Assembly: GCF_006345805.1 (NCBI RefSeq)
Contig: NC_042997.1
Location: 197,408,001 to 197,472,000, forward strand
Reading direction: 5' to 3'
Origin: Octopus sinensis
Taxonomy: Eukaryota
DNA length: 64,000 nt
In this document: one piece after another, positions 12,823 through 27,185 of the stretch
Numbering within the stretch: the stretch's first letter is position 1
Layout of the letters: every line of letters starts with the position of its first letter
Notes under the pieces: generated by a model
Told to the model about the DNA's origin: nothing
Seen by the model: the letters and a program-made list of their open reading frames with translations, nothing else
The model's database searches: none
Program-made: the position numbers and the translations under genes

Positions 12823-13022
12823 GATATATATATATATATAGTCAATAATAAGGGTAAAATTAATTAATTAATTAGTAATTAATAATAATAATAATAATAA
12901 TTGTGTACAGTGCTCAGGTGCACTACAACTCATCTAAAGTGTATATATAATCAGGTGTAGTTTCGACGGATTTACCAAACAGTGTTCAGTATGTAAAAGG
13001 ACCATTTACAGTAAATTTAAAC

Positions 13023-13274
13023 ATTACTTTATATAATTAGGGTTCAGCAAAAAAAATTGCTTTACCACACACCGAACTTTTAGAAATAGCAGCCAAAATA
13101 TTTAGCTATTTCCTCTACTATAAGAAGAGTCTCCCAGTCTCTTTTTGAGTATATATTGTCTGGGAGACTCTTCTTATAGTAGAGGAAATAGCTAAATATT
13201 TTGGCTGCTATTTCTAAAAGTTTGGTGTGTGGTAAAGCAATTTTTTTTGCTGAACCCTAATTATATAAAGTAAT
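13023..13274. repeat. Long inverted repeat (about 115-bp arms, 22-nt loop)
   Basis: 13023-13137 is the near-perfect reverse complement of 13160-13274. Confidence 0.9.
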
Positions 13275-13367
13275 ATATATATATATATAAATTTATAAAT
13301 AAGGATAATATCGATCTTATCAAGTGACCAGCATGGGAATAAATACCATACAAAGGTAATAATTATT

Positions 13368-13655
13368 TAAAACTATAAATTAGGGTATCTGAGAGATAGC
13401 ACCATGCTGAAATAGCAGTCAAAACCCTGACCCCTAAGGCCACCTTAAATGTTCATATAGCGCTAGGAGAGAAGACAGAAAGACAAAATAAAGTAGCAAA
13501 ATAAACTATCCAGAAAATTCTTTTTTGCTAGTTTATTTTGTCTTTCTGCCTTCCCTCCTAGCGCTACAAGAACATTTAAGGTGGCTTTAGGGTCAGGGTT
13601 TTAACTGCTATTTCAGCATGGTGGTATCTCTCAGATACCCTAATTTATAGTTTTA
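13368..13655. repeat. Long inverted repeat (about 130-bp arms)
   Basis: 13368-13500 versus about 13524-13655, with scattered mismatches. Confidence 0.85.
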
Positions 13656-13663
13656 TATATATA

Positions 13664-14554
13664 CTAGCAGTATCGCCCGGCGTTGCTCGGGTTTGTAAGG
13701 GAAATAACTATATAAGCATCTTTAGAGAGTTACTTCCCTTATAAATTCGGGCTTTCTTAGCCATTTTTGTTTTGGTGTCTTCAAGCCATGAAGTCGTTCT
13801 AAAAGAACGCTGGTTTCCTTCACAACGCATTACGACGTTGATTTCTTTACACTCCATTCCCCACAGCTTCACGAGGGAGGGAAGGGGGAGAAGCAAACAG
13901 GTGCAGCTGTGAGCGTGGACGCCAACTCCGCCGCCATCGACATACGATGCATTTTATGCATTAAAATGGAATAAAAAATGATGTTAAATTATTTTTAAAA
14001 TCATAGACTCATCGTTGACGCGCGCTAATAGTCAGACAGGCTCGATATGAATCACGACTATAAGATACCCGAATTTGGTTAAACTGCACCGCAAAATGTG
14101 GGAGGAGTTAGGAATCTAAATCGAAGGGGACAGACACTCACACAACTAGAGTTTTATATATATAGATATACTAGCAGTATCGACCGGCGTTGCTCGGGTT
14201 TGTAAGGAAAATAACTATATAAGCATTTTTAGAGATGTAAAGTATAAGAGCCATCTCAATATGGCTAACCACAAAGTGGGGTGTTACTGTAGCTTTTTAC
14301 GTTCTGAGATTTAATAATAAATTTTTAGAGAGTTACTTCCCTTATATATGCCAAAAATGCATTAAAAACGGGGAAAATTAATGGTAAAATTTTTTTTAAA
14401 TCGTAGACGTGCGCTAATACCCAGAAGGGCTTGATATGAATCACGACTATAAGACACCCGGTTTTGGTTAAACTGCACCACAAAATGTGGGAGTAGTTAC
14501 GAATCTAAATCGTAGGAGACAGACAGCACACAACCTTACTTTTATATATAAAGA
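13664..14554 (-). mobile_element. Two head-to-tail Helitrons (13664-14166, 14171-14554)
   Basis: Each has CTAG 3' and TC 5' ends; they are separated by TATA. Confidence 0.75.
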
Positions 14555-15229
14555 TATCATCATCATCATCATCATCATCATCATTTAGCGTCCGCTTTCC
14601 ATGCTAGCATGGGTTGGACGGTTCAACTGGGGTCTGGGAAGCCAGAAGGCTGCACCAGGCCCAGTCTGATCTGGCAATGTTTCTACGGCTGGATGCCCTT
14701 CCTAACGCCAACCACTCCGTGAGTGTAGTGGGTGCTTTTTACATGCCACCGGCACAGGTGCCAGACGGGGCTGGCAAACGGCCACGGACGGATGGTGCTT
14801 TTTACATGCCACCGACACTTCTAATATAAGGATATAATTTTAAAACTTTATCAGTGGCCAGCATATGAAAAATACCTTCTAAGATGAAAATTATATATAC
14901 AATTAAGAATAAGGGCAAAAAGAAAAAATTTTCTTTGCCAATATGCTAAACAATAGATGCTTAATAATCTAACCACAAAAAATATTTTAACTTATATTAT
15001 TACACCACATGCCAAAATGAGGAAAACAAACTAATAGAATTCATAATGATATAGTTATCACCAAATAAGTTCTAATTTCTGGATTAATCCAAAAAGGATT
15101 TTTACATCATCAGCAAAGAACACAAAAAGAAAATAAATGAAATAGTTTGGGGATTAAACTAGAAATCGGAACCAATTTGGTGATAACTATATCATTATGA
15201 ATTTCTGTTAGCTTGCTCTCCTCATTTCA

Positions 15230-16281
15230 GGACTGGAAGAACGGTGGTAGCAGGGAATCGTATCAGACTGCCAGAAAGGAAGATAGGAGACAGGTTTATT
15301 TAGCCAGAGAGGAAGCAGATAAGGAAAAATTTGCCAATGTTCTGCGCCATGAGGACCAAAGACTTAAGGTATTTCATGTTGCAAGACAGTATGTGAGAGA
15401 GAATCATTTTGTAGGAGAGAAATGTGTCTGCATGGATGATAGTTCTCTTGCACTAAATGAGGCTGCAAAGAGAGAGGTTACTGAATAAAGAAAATGAATG
15501 GGAGAAAGAGAGTCTGCCGAATGTCAACCCAACAGAGGGACCAGCTATCCAAGTTGACAGTACCTTGGTAGATAAAGCAATTAATAGTATGAAGACAGGG
15601 AAAGACCCTGGCCCATCAGGTATTACTGCAGAGATGCTCAAAATATCTGGCAGTGTCGGTTATAGCCTAGTCATCCGTATAGTTAACCAGGTGATACACG
15701 AAGGAGTCATACCCAATGACTGGTGTAGCAGCATAATAGTCAACTGCTACAAAGGCAAAGGTGATGCTTTAGATACAAATAATTACAGAGATATCAAGCT
15801 ATTGGATCAGGTAATGAAGGTCATGGAGAGGGTCATAGCCCAACTAATTAGGGAGAGAGTCAGTTTAGATGAGATGCAGTTTGGGTTCATGCCAGGGAAA
15901 AGCACCACTGATGCTATATTTCTGATAAGACAGCTGCAGGAGAAATATCTCGCCAAAGATAAACCTCTGTACCTGGCTTTCGTTGACAAGGAGAAAGCCT
16001 TTGACAGGGTCCCCCGATCCCTTATCTGGTGGTCAATGAGGAAACCAGGGATATATAAACGGTTAGTGAGAGTTGTGCAAGCCATGTACAGGGATGATGT
16101 CAGTAAGATGAGGGTTGGCAACAAGTATAGTGAAGAATTCCGGGTAGAGGTAGGGGTCCACCAAGGTTCAGTTCTCAGCCCTCTCCTAATTATCATAGTC
16201 CTCCAGGCAATAATGGAGGAATTCAAGACAGGTTGCTCTTGGGAGCTCCTCTATGCTGATGACCTTGCCCTAATTGCTTAG
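15230..16281 (+). mobile_element. RTE-clade LINE reverse transcriptase fragment
   Basis: MKTGKDPGPSGITAEMLK, NYRDIKLL, QFGFMPGKSTTDAIF, AFVDKEKAFDRV, GVHQGSVLSPLL and LLYADD motifs. Frameshifted and truncated. Confidence 0.93.
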
Positions 16282-16321
16282 TCACTATCAGAATAAGAGG
16301 AGAAGCTTCAAGTGTAGAAAC

Positions 16322-17700
16322 GTTGGGTTGGACAATTTGACAGAGGACTGGCGAACCAGATAGATGCACCAGGCTCCAATCTTGATCTGGCAGAGTTCTA
16401 CAGCTGGATTCCCTTCCTAATGCCAACCACTCTGAGAGTGTAGTGGGTACTTTTATGTGCCGCCTGCACGAGGGCCGGTCTGGTGGTACTGGCAACAGCC
16501 ATGCTCAAATGGTGTTTTTTATGTGCCACCTGCACAGGAGTCAGTACAGCTGTACTAGCAACAACCTCGCTCGAATGTTTTGTTCACGTTCCACTGGCAC
16601 AAGTGCCAGTAAGGCGACGCTGGTATTTATCACGCTCAAATGGTGCTTTTTATGTGTCACTGGCAAAGAAGCCAGACAGCTGCTGTGGCAGTGATCCTGC
16701 TCAGATGGAGCTGTTAGTGCTCCACTGGCATGGGTGCCAGTCATCGAATTTGGTTCAATTGCGATTTCACTTGCTCCAACAGGTCTTCGTATTATAGTTC
16801 AAATTTACAGAAAGCAAAAGACGAAGACAGGTGTAGGAACAACAAGCAGGTGTATTAAGGGAAGAATGGAAAAGTATTTTGTTTTGAGCCTATCCACTTC
16901 AGAAGAAAGGATTAAGAAGTAAAAAAAAGTGTACCACACTGTATGACTGAACTGACAACTCAACTACTCATCCACAACTGTGCACATATCATCATTATCG
17001 TCGTCGTTTAACACCCATTTTCCATGCTGACATGGGTTGGATGGCTTGACTGAGGGCTGGCGAGCCAGGAGGCTGCACCAGGCTCCAATCTGATCTGGCA
17101 ATGTTTCAACAGTTGCATGCCCTTCCTAACACCAACCACTCTGAGAGTGTAATGGGTGCTTTTTATGTGTCACCAACACAGGAGCCAGTCAGGCGACACT
17201 GGCATCATCCAAATTCAGATGGCACTTTTTACATGTCACTGGCACGGGAGCCAATCAGGCAGCACTGACATCAGCCACAACATTCGGGTGGTACTTTTTA
17301 GATGCTACCGGCATGGGGCGGGTGCTGGCATCGACCACGTTCAGATGGTGCTTTTTACATGCATGCCACCAGCACAGGGAGCTAGTCAGGCAGCACTGGC
17401 AATAACCCATGCATGAATGGTGCTTATTGCATGCTACCAATACGGGAGCCAGTCAGGCAGCACTGGCATTGGCCACGACAAAAATTTCAACATTTGATTG
17501 AGATTCTGATTTTGATTTTTGATTTTACTTGACTCAATAGGTCTCCTCACGTATGGCATGTCCCCCAACAATTCAAGGGAACTTTTTAAATGGGCTGGTT
17601 ATGCGACATTGGTATATGCTACGGCTGTGATCTCACTTTACTTGCGGGGTCTTCTCAATCACAGCATATCTCCAGGGATCTCGGTCTCAAGTCATTGCCT
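16322..17700 (-). mobile_element. Two RTE 3'UTR copies (16322-16790, about 16990-17700)
   Basis: Reverse complement of the RTE tail and minisatellite; (ATC)n at about 16990. Confidence 0.75.
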
Positions 17701-17733
17701 GTGTGCACACACACACACACATATATATATATA

Positions 17734-18174
17734 TAGGTCATTGTCAACTTTCGACCACAATTGGTTCTGAGTGACTGGTCATAAGTTGGTCTATAGGCCT
17801 TATTTTATATTTTTACATTTTTTAGGTACATTCTCAGGCAAAAGTCACACAGCATTTTGTATCATACTAATACACTGACATTAGTCAAAACTTTTGGAGC
17901 CTGAAGCAGTCATCTTATAAATACGAGGTTGCCTCGATGTCTCCATGACAAAATAATTCATCCAACACTCAGGATAACTGCTGTGGTGGTTCAAAACAAA
18001 ACCTAGGGAAAGTGTTTGTTAGCTGACATCATCCATAAACAGGTTAATTTCTAAAAATTTAAACCCATTAGATTTCAACTGGACTATTTATTATTGCTGC
18101 TGGGAGCTGGCGTGCCAATCGTCATAAAGTCAATCGGATCTAAGTCGGATAGGTCATAAGTTGACGACGACCTC
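17734..18174. mobile_element. MITE-like element with about 23-bp imperfect TIRs
   Basis: TAGGTCATTGTCAACTTTCGACC ... GGTCATAAGTTGACGACGACCTC, flanked by TA. Confidence 0.5.
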
Positions 18175-19057
18175 TATACACACACATATATGTATGTGTG
18201 TGTGTCCACAGATGTGGATGAGTGGTTGAGAAATTTGTTTCCAAACCACATAGTTCTAGGTTCAGTCCTACTGTGTGGTACATTGGCCAAGTGTATTCTA
18301 GTATCGCCCCAGACTAACCAAAGTCTTGTGATATTCTACATGTACTATATTCAAACTGGCCATATCTAGCCTCTCACACCTAACCTACATTGACATTCTA
18401 AAAATAAACAATCACATCATTGAAACATCAAAGCAATAAGTTAATACTTGATTAATTCAAAACAATTTGAGTGGAAAAGTATTACATTTAACAAAGTAAT
18501 CTGAACACTAAAGGGTTAAATTTCAGCATGGGCACTGCTGACAGCCTTATCTCTTGACATCAAGGATAAGAAAATTTGTGAGTAATGGTCATACTCGTCT
18601 ACAAGTTGACAGCCATCTTGTATCTATATATATATATATATATAAGTGTGTGTGAGTATGCTAGTGTCCCCTTGTCTCGACATTGTGTCATACTGGTAGA
18701 TGATTGTCACTGTCATACACAAGCAGTGTCATTGATTTTCAATATGTTGCAAAAACATGTCTGGCCATTTAGAAACAGGTGAGGATTGGCAACAGGAAGG
18801 GCATCTGGCCGTAACAAATCTGCTTCAATAACTCCGTCCAGTTCTACACAAGCATAGAAAAGTGGACATTGAAATGATGGCATATAAGCCAGTTCTAATA
18901 GCAAAACTTCATAGTAAACAGTTAAGAATAAAAATAAATATTTCAACACTACAGATAGTATGAGACTTCACTTTGTGATTGCTTGCGTATGTACCAATTG
19001 TACAAACCTATAAAACAAGTGTGCATGTGTGTGTATATATATATAGAGAGAGAGAGA

Positions 19058-21030
19058 GCACCATCCGAGCGTGATCGTTGCCAGAGCAGCCAACTGGCTC
19101 CGTGCCGGTGGCACGTAAATGGGCACCATCCGAGCGTGATCGTTGCCAGAGCAGCCAACTGGCTCCGTGCCGGTGGCACATAAATGGGCACCATTCGAGC
19201 GTGATCGTTACCAACGTTGCCTTACTGGCACCTGTGCCGGTGGCATGTGTAAAAAGATTCGAGTGAGGTCATTGCCAGTATCGCCAGACTGGCACGTAAA
19301 AAGCACCCACTGCACTCTCGGAGTGGTTGGCATTAGGAAGGGCACCCAGCTGTAGAAACTCTGCCAGATCAAGATTGGTGCCTGGCGCGACCGTCTGGTT
19401 CGCCAGCCCTCAGTCAAAATCATCCAACCCATGCTAGCCTGGAAAGCGGACATTAAACGATGATGATGATGATATATATATATTGTGTATATATGTCTCA
19501 TCTTCTCCATCAAGAGTAAGGACCTAAATATCGTAACAGCCAGCAGGTTCAAGGATTCAATTTTTCAATACTTTATTAAAAAATCTCAGAGATTTACAAC
19601 ACATAGAACTCTGTTCAAAAACCACCAGGACAAATTTTTATCCAAGATATCACAGCAAGAACTGCAAATAAGGGCAGTCCTACCCAACTGATTCACCAGA
19701 GCCAAGCACGCTGGGAGAGCTGTGGAAGCGACATGAAATTAACTCAAGAATTATCACACCAATTGTGATGCTAAAGCAGGGGCCACACCCTCTAGTTACA
19801 ACAAGCAAAAGAAAGAAGTACATTACAGGAATATATATCATCATCATTTTATACATACATGCACACATAAATACATGTGGCCGTTCGCCAGCATCGTCTG
19901 GCACCTGTGTCGGTGGCACATAAAAAACACCATCCAAGCGTGGCCGTTCGCCAGCCTTGTCTGGCACCTGTGTCGGTGGCACATAAAAAACACCATCCGA
20001 GCGTGGCCGTTCGCCAGCCTCGTCTGGCACCTATGTCGGTGGCAAATAAAATCACCCACTACACTCTCGGAGTGGTTGGCGTTAGGAAGGGCATCCAGCT
20101 GTAGAAACACTGCCAGATCTGACTGGTCTGGTGCAGCCTTCGGGCTTCCCAGACCCCAGTTGAACCGTCCAACCCATGCTAGCATGGAAAGCGGACGTTA
20201 AACGATGATGATGATGATGATGATGATGATGCATGCATGCATTTATGTATAAACTAACAATCCAGAAAAGAACTCAATATAAATGAAGAGAGCAGTATAT
20301 GTATTTATTTAGACCCATTCAGAGCAACAGGCCACTGGATGGATGGATATAAAGGGAAAAAAATGATTAAAAAATTCAGGCAGTTATCAATATAGTATAC
20401 AGTTTTAAAGGAATTTGGTTAACTATACCCAGCAATCAGACACTAATAAATGCAAGCAGAATACACATCCAAGATAATTCTTCAAGTATGATAAGTAGAT
20501 CCAGATATCATTTCGAAGAATTTTTCAAAAATTCAGAGTATTATACAATATTTTCTATATCTGAATATGTTGATACAACAGAAACAATTGTTGGTTTGTA
20601 AGCTGCATTTTACAATTAAAGATGTGATTTTCTCTATATATATTTTTGTTATATATATCAAAAATCAAAATCAAAATCGATCAACATCAATGGAAATTGT
20701 AACTGTGATACCAGCGCCGGTGGCACGTAAGAGAACCATCCGAATGTGGCCGTTGCCAGCGCCGCCCCGACTGGCTTCCGTGCTGGTGGCACGTAAAAAG
20801 CACCATCCGATCGTGGCCGTTTGCCAGCTTTGTCTGACACCTGTGTCGGTGGCACGTAAAAAGCACCCACTACACTCACGGAGTGGTTGGCGTTAGGAAG
20901 GGCATCCAGCCGTAGAAACATTGCCAGATCAGACTGGGCCTGGTGCAGCCTTCTGGCTTCCCAGACCCCAGTTGAACCGTCCCACCCATGCTAGCATGGA
21001 AGGCGGACACTTAACGATGATGATGATGAT
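19058..21030 (+). mobile_element. Cluster of three RTE 3'UTR copies (19058-19473, 19875-20230, 20660-21030) plus a CR1-like scrap (about 19520-19700)
   Basis: 65-bp tandem units, conserved terminal segment and (GAT)n tails. Confidence 0.8.
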
Positions 21031-21526
21031 ATATATAAACTTAATAATAATATACATATGTATATAATTAAGTTATATATACATATATACATAATTATAT
21101 AATCATATACATATATTTTTTTTAAATTTACTTTATTTTATTAAACCTTTTTTGATGTCCTTCCAAAAATTCCTCACACTGATGAGAATGACAATGCATA
21201 AATTTAATTAAAATTACTATTATTATAATTTTTTCTTACATATTTGTATTGTCCTTTGAAACGTGCGTATGTATTGAATACTATTTTGTATCAAAATCTA
21301 ATTTTGAGTCAACATTTTTTTCTCCTCAAATTTTTCTGTAATTGTTCATGGTATATTTATCCCTATAACAATATTTTTCAACTACTATTTTCATATTCTT
21401 GTTACTTGCTTTGGCTGTGTTTTTATGAATATGATGAATCTCTATTAGAAATCATTCTTTCTCTCTTTTTGGACCTCTCAAAAAGTTTGAATTGTTCTTT
21501 CTTGAACTTATTTTTTCCCCACATAA

Positions 21527-21852
21527 TCTTTATATATAAAAGTGAGGTTGTGTGCTGTCTGTCTCCTACGATTTAGATTCCTAACTACTCCCATATTTTG
21601 CGGTGCAGTTTAACCAAAACCAGGTATCTTATAGTTGTGATTCATATCGAGCCCTTCTGGGTATTAGTGCGCGTGTACAATGAGTCTACGATTTAAAAAA
21701 AATTTACCATCAATTTTTCCTTCTCTAAAAATTTATTATTAAATCTCAGAACGTAAAAAGCTACAGTAACATATTGAGATGGCTATTATACTTTACATCT
21801 CTAAAAATGCTTATATAGTTATTTCCCTTACAAACCCGAGCGATACTGCTAG
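21527..21852 (+). mobile_element. Non-autonomous Helitron (internally deleted)
   Basis: TC...CTAG termini; same family as 4718-5111. Confidence 0.75.
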
Positions 21853-21864
21853 TTATATACATAT

Positions 21865-22519
21865 TCTTTTCCTTCTATCTTTTATGTGTTTCAGTCATTT
21901 GACTGGGGCCATGCTGGAGCACTGCCTTTAGTCAAACAAATCGACCCCAGGACTTATTCTATCGGTCTCTTTTATCGAACTGCTAAGTTACGGGACCATA
22001 AACACACCAACATCAGTATATATGTCTAAATCCACTCACAAGGCTTTGATCAGCCCGGGGATACAGTCGAAGACACTCATGCAAAGTGCCACACAGTGGG
22101 ACTGAACCCGGAAACATGTGGTTTGAAAGCAAGCTTCTTACCACACAGCCACACCTGCACCTATATATACATACATCTACACAAATACATACGTGCATAT
22201 ACATATATTCATATACAACTACTTATATACATATATATATATTATACACATACACACAAATACGTATATACCTACATATACAACTATATATATATACATA
22301 TATATATATCTGGCCGTTTGCCAGCCTCGTCTAGCACCTGTGCCAGTGGCACGTAAAAAGCACCCACTACACTCATGGAGTGGTTGGCGTTAGGACGGGC
22401 ATCCAGCCGTAGAAACATTGCCAGATCAGACTGGGCCTGGTGCAGCCTTCTGGCTTCCCAGATCCCAGTTGCACCGTCCAACCCATGCCAGCATGGAAAG
22501 CGGATACTAAACGATGATG

Positions 22520-22525
<6 letters not shown>
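21865..22525. mobile_element. SINE A remnant (minus, 21865-22160) and RTE tail (plus, 22310-22525)
   Basis: Matches to family consensus segments seen elsewhere in the window. Confidence 0.7.
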
Positions 22526-22567
<42 letters not shown>

Positions 22568-22582
22568 CACAAATATATGTAC

Positions 22583-22623
<41 letters not shown>

Positions 22624-23001
22624 TATAATACATAAATACACACACATTTATATATGTGCATATGCAAATAAGCATGCATACAGGCATGCACTGCACACGA
22701 CCACAATCTCTTTTATTCCTTTCCAAGCTTAATCACTGAACTGCTGTTGCTCGGTAGCTGCGTTCAAAGTTACTTTACTTGATTATATCACAGAAAGTAC
22801 TTAATCCGCTACTTACTTTATCAAATGGTGTAACGTAACCCAATTCAAATGAAATCAATACCTAAATACTTCAAAATTATTTTTTTAATACTGACAGAAG
22901 TCAAAGACAGATTCCATCTTGCAAACCTCACAATTCAATATCTTTTATTTTTAATATGTTTCAGTCATTAGACTGAGTCCATGCTGGAGCAGCACCATGA
23001 G

Positions 23002-23615
23002 TGGAGGCGCAATGGCCCAGTGGTTAGGGCAGCGGACTCGTGGTCGAAAGATCGCGGTTTCGATTCCAAGACCGGGCGTTGTGTGTGTTTATTGAGCGAT
23101 AACACCTAAAGCTCCACGAGGCTCCGGCAGGGGGTGGTGGCGACCCCTGTTGTACTCTTTCGCTCCAATTTTCTCTCACTCTTTCTTCCTGTTTCTTGTC
23201 CCCGACTTCCTACGCAACCGCTGAGCCTGGATGTGTGGAGGCGCAATGGTCCAGTGGTAAGGGCAGCGGACTCATTGTCGAAAGATCGCGGTTTCGATCC
23301 CCAGACCGGGTGTTGTGTGTGTTTATTGAGCAATAATACCTAAAGCTCCACAAGGCTCCAGCAGGGGGTGGTGGCAACCCCTGTTGTACTCTTTCGCTCC
23401 AACTTTCTCTTACTCTTTCTTGTCCCCAACTACCTATGCAACCGCTGAGCCTGGATGCGCATTCATCCATCCATCGATGCCCTCAGTGTCGGGGGTTGAT
23501 CTGCTTTCTCTTCTGCGGGTCTTACGAATAGCAAAAGTACCACGTTTCGGACTTCTCACACAACAGCTCTGGGACGAAGACCGCTTCGCTCAACAAATAA
23601 AACAAACAAGCAGCA
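23002..23615 (+). mobile_element. tRNA-derived SINE family B, tandem dimer
   Basis: Head GTGGAGGCGCAATGG.CCAGTGGT.AGGGCAGCGGACTC...GGTTTCGAT.CC repeated at about 23002 and 23235. Related heads at about 42228 and 43896. Confidence 0.8.
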
Positions 23616-24230
23616 CCATGAAGAATTTTTAGCCAAATGAATCAACCCCTGTACCTTTTTTTTTTTTAAGCCTGGTACTTATTCTATTGGTCTCTTTGCT
23701 GAACCACTAAGTTATAGGGACATAAACATACCAGCACCGGTTGTCAAGTGATGGAGGGGGATAAATACACACATACACACACAGACTCCTGTTTCTGTTT
23801 AGGCAGGGTTTTTACAGTTGGATACACTTCCTAACATCAACCACCCAGTAGAGTGGATCCAACCACCGATATCATACATCATCAACCTCATACACCTGTT
23901 TGTTGTTTATACACCTGTCTTCATCTTTTGTTTTTTCTGTAAATTTCAACTACAAATATATATGATGGGCTTCTTTTAGTTTTGGTCAACCAGAGCCACT
24001 TACAAGGCTTTGTTCAGCCTGAGGTTACAGTAGAAGGCAGTTGCCCAAGGTGCCATGCAGTGGGACTGAACCTGAGACCATGTGGTTGGGAAGCAAGCTT
24101 CTTAGTACAAAGCCACACCTGTGTAAATCTGTAAATGCTTTCATGGTTGGAAAGGACAATATATATGTGTGTGTGTATCTCATTGTCATCACCATCATTG
24201 TTTAACATCCACCATTCCATGATGGTATGG

Positions 24231-24287
<57 letters not shown>

Positions 24288-24322
24288 CATACACACACAT
24301 ACTGAAACACGTGTATATACAT

Positions 24323-24988
24323 ATTCTTTTACTCGTTTCAGTCATTTGACTGTGGCCATGCTGGAGCACCACCTTTAGTTGAACAAATTGACCCTAGGAC
24401 TGATTCTTTGTACTCCAGTACTTATTTTATCGATCCCTTTTGCTGAACCACTAGGTTACGGGAATGTAAACACAACACTGGTTGTCAAGCAATGGTGGGG
24501 CGGACAAACATATACATATTTATATAGATATGTACACAACGGGCTTCTTTCAGTTTCCGTCTACCAAAATCCATTCACAAGGCTTTGGTCGATCCAAGGC
24601 TATAGAAGACACTTGTCCAAGGTGCCACACAGTGGAACTGAACCTGGAACCATGTGGTTGGTAAGCAAGCTACTTACCAGAGTCACTCCTGATATATATA
24701 TATCATCATCATTTAAAGTCCACCCTTCCATGCTAGCATGGCTCTATATATATATATATATATATGCATGTGTTTATGTGTGTATGTATATATTTATATG
24801 CTTGTCTATATGTATTTGTGTGTATATATATATATGGAGTGCTTGACGTTAGGAAGGGCATCCAGCTGTAGAAACACTGCCAGATCAGAATGGAGCCTGG
24901 TGCAGCCTCCTGGCTTCCCAGACCCCGGTCGAACCATCCAACCTGTGCTAGCACGGAAAACGGACATTAAATGATGATGATGATGATG
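24323..24988. mobile_element. SINE A (minus, 24323-24690) and RTE tail (plus, 24845-24988)
   Basis: Family matches. Confidence 0.75.
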
Positions 24989-25409
24989 TGTGTGTGTGTG
25001 TGTGTGTGTACGTGGAACAAACTGATTGGAGCAGTATTCAGTTATGTCCCTTTACATTCTGAGCTCAAATCCTGCCCAAGTTGGCTTGCTAGAAATATCT
25101 AAATCTTTCTGAAACCACACACTTTACACTGTTCCTTAAAAATAAAAAAACATAGGAATAATGTTTGGGACACACACATACACCTACTCACATATACATA
25201 TGTCTGGTGGTGGTGCTACATGAAAAGTAGCAGTGCTGGTGCCACGTGAAAAGCACCCAACACACTGTGAAGGGGTTGGCATTGGGAAAGGCATCCCGAC
25301 CATAGAAACCAAACAGAAATAATGGAGCCTAGTGCAACCCCCCCCCCCATTGTACCAGCTTCTATCAAACCATCCAACCCATGCTGGTATGGGAGACGGA
25401 TGTTAAATG

Positions 25410-25569
25410 AAGATATACATACATATTCACTTTATATAAACAAATAAACATACAAAACACATATAGACATATATTCATGTCACATATATATATGTATACA
25501 CATACATATGCACACACATAAATATATACACTCATATATATATATATATACAAATACATATAGATAAGC

Positions 25570-25602
<33 letters not shown>

Positions 25603-27185
25603 TACATACATAAATACACGCATATATGTACACATGCATATATATACACATATACACATGCATATATATATACATACATATGCATATATATATACATACA
25701 CACATGCATATATATACATACATACATGCATATATATATATACATACACACATGCATATATATACATACACACATGCATATATATATACATACACACATG
25801 CATATATATATACATACACACATGCATATATATATACATACACACATGCATATATATATACATACATACATGCATATATATATACATACATACATGCATA
25901 TATATATACATACACACATGCATATATATACATACACACATGCATATATATATACATACACACATGCATATATATACATATACACATGCATATATATATA
26001 TACATACACACATGCATATATATATATACATATACACATGCATATATATATACATATACACACGCATATATATATATACATACACACATGCATATATATA
26101 TACATATACACATGCATATATATATACATACATACATGCATATATATATACATACATACATGCATATATATATACATACATACATGCATATATATATACA
26201 TACACACATGCATATATATATACATACACACATGCATATATATACATACACACATGCATATATATATGCATACACACATGCATATATCTATACATACATG
26301 CACATATGCATATTTATATATATATACATACACACATGCATATATACATACATACACATATGCATATTTATATATATATACATACACACATGCATATATA
26401 TATACATATACACATGCATATATATATACATACACACATGCATATATCTATACATACATGCACATATGCATATTTATATATATATACATATACACATGCA
26501 TATATACATACATACACATATGCATATTTATATATATATACATACACACATGCATATATATATACATATACACATGCATATATATATACATACACACATG
26601 CATATATATATACATATACACATGCATATATATATATATACATACACACATGCATATATCTATACATACATGCACATATGCATATTTATATATATGTACA
26701 TACACATGCATATATATATATATCTATACATACATACACATGCATATATATATATATCTATCTATACATACATACACACATGCATATATATATCTATCTA
26801 TACATACATACACATGCATATATATATATATATATATCTATACATACATACACATGCATTATTATATATATATATATATTCTATACATACATACACACAT
26901 GCATATATATATCTATCTATACATACATACACATGCATATATATATATATCTATATACATACATACACACATGCATATATATATCTATCTATACATACAT
27001 ACACACATGCATATATTATATATATAGATACACACACATGTATACATACACATATATATATATACATACACATATATATATACACATATATACATACACA
27101 TTTACACGCATAGATACATGCACCGATATATGCATACACACACACACGCACATACATATATACATACACACACACACACGTACAA
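25410..27185. repeat. Compound micro/minisatellite (TACATACACACATGCATATATA-type, about 20-24-bp units)
   Basis: About 1.7 kb of alternating purine-pyrimidine repeats. It explains the 250-535-aa spurious ORFs. Confidence 0.95.

Noticed and set aside
23002-23080. tRNA gene
   Set aside because: A and B boxes are present, but the sequence continues into a repeated SINE body with no clean acceptor stem or terminator.
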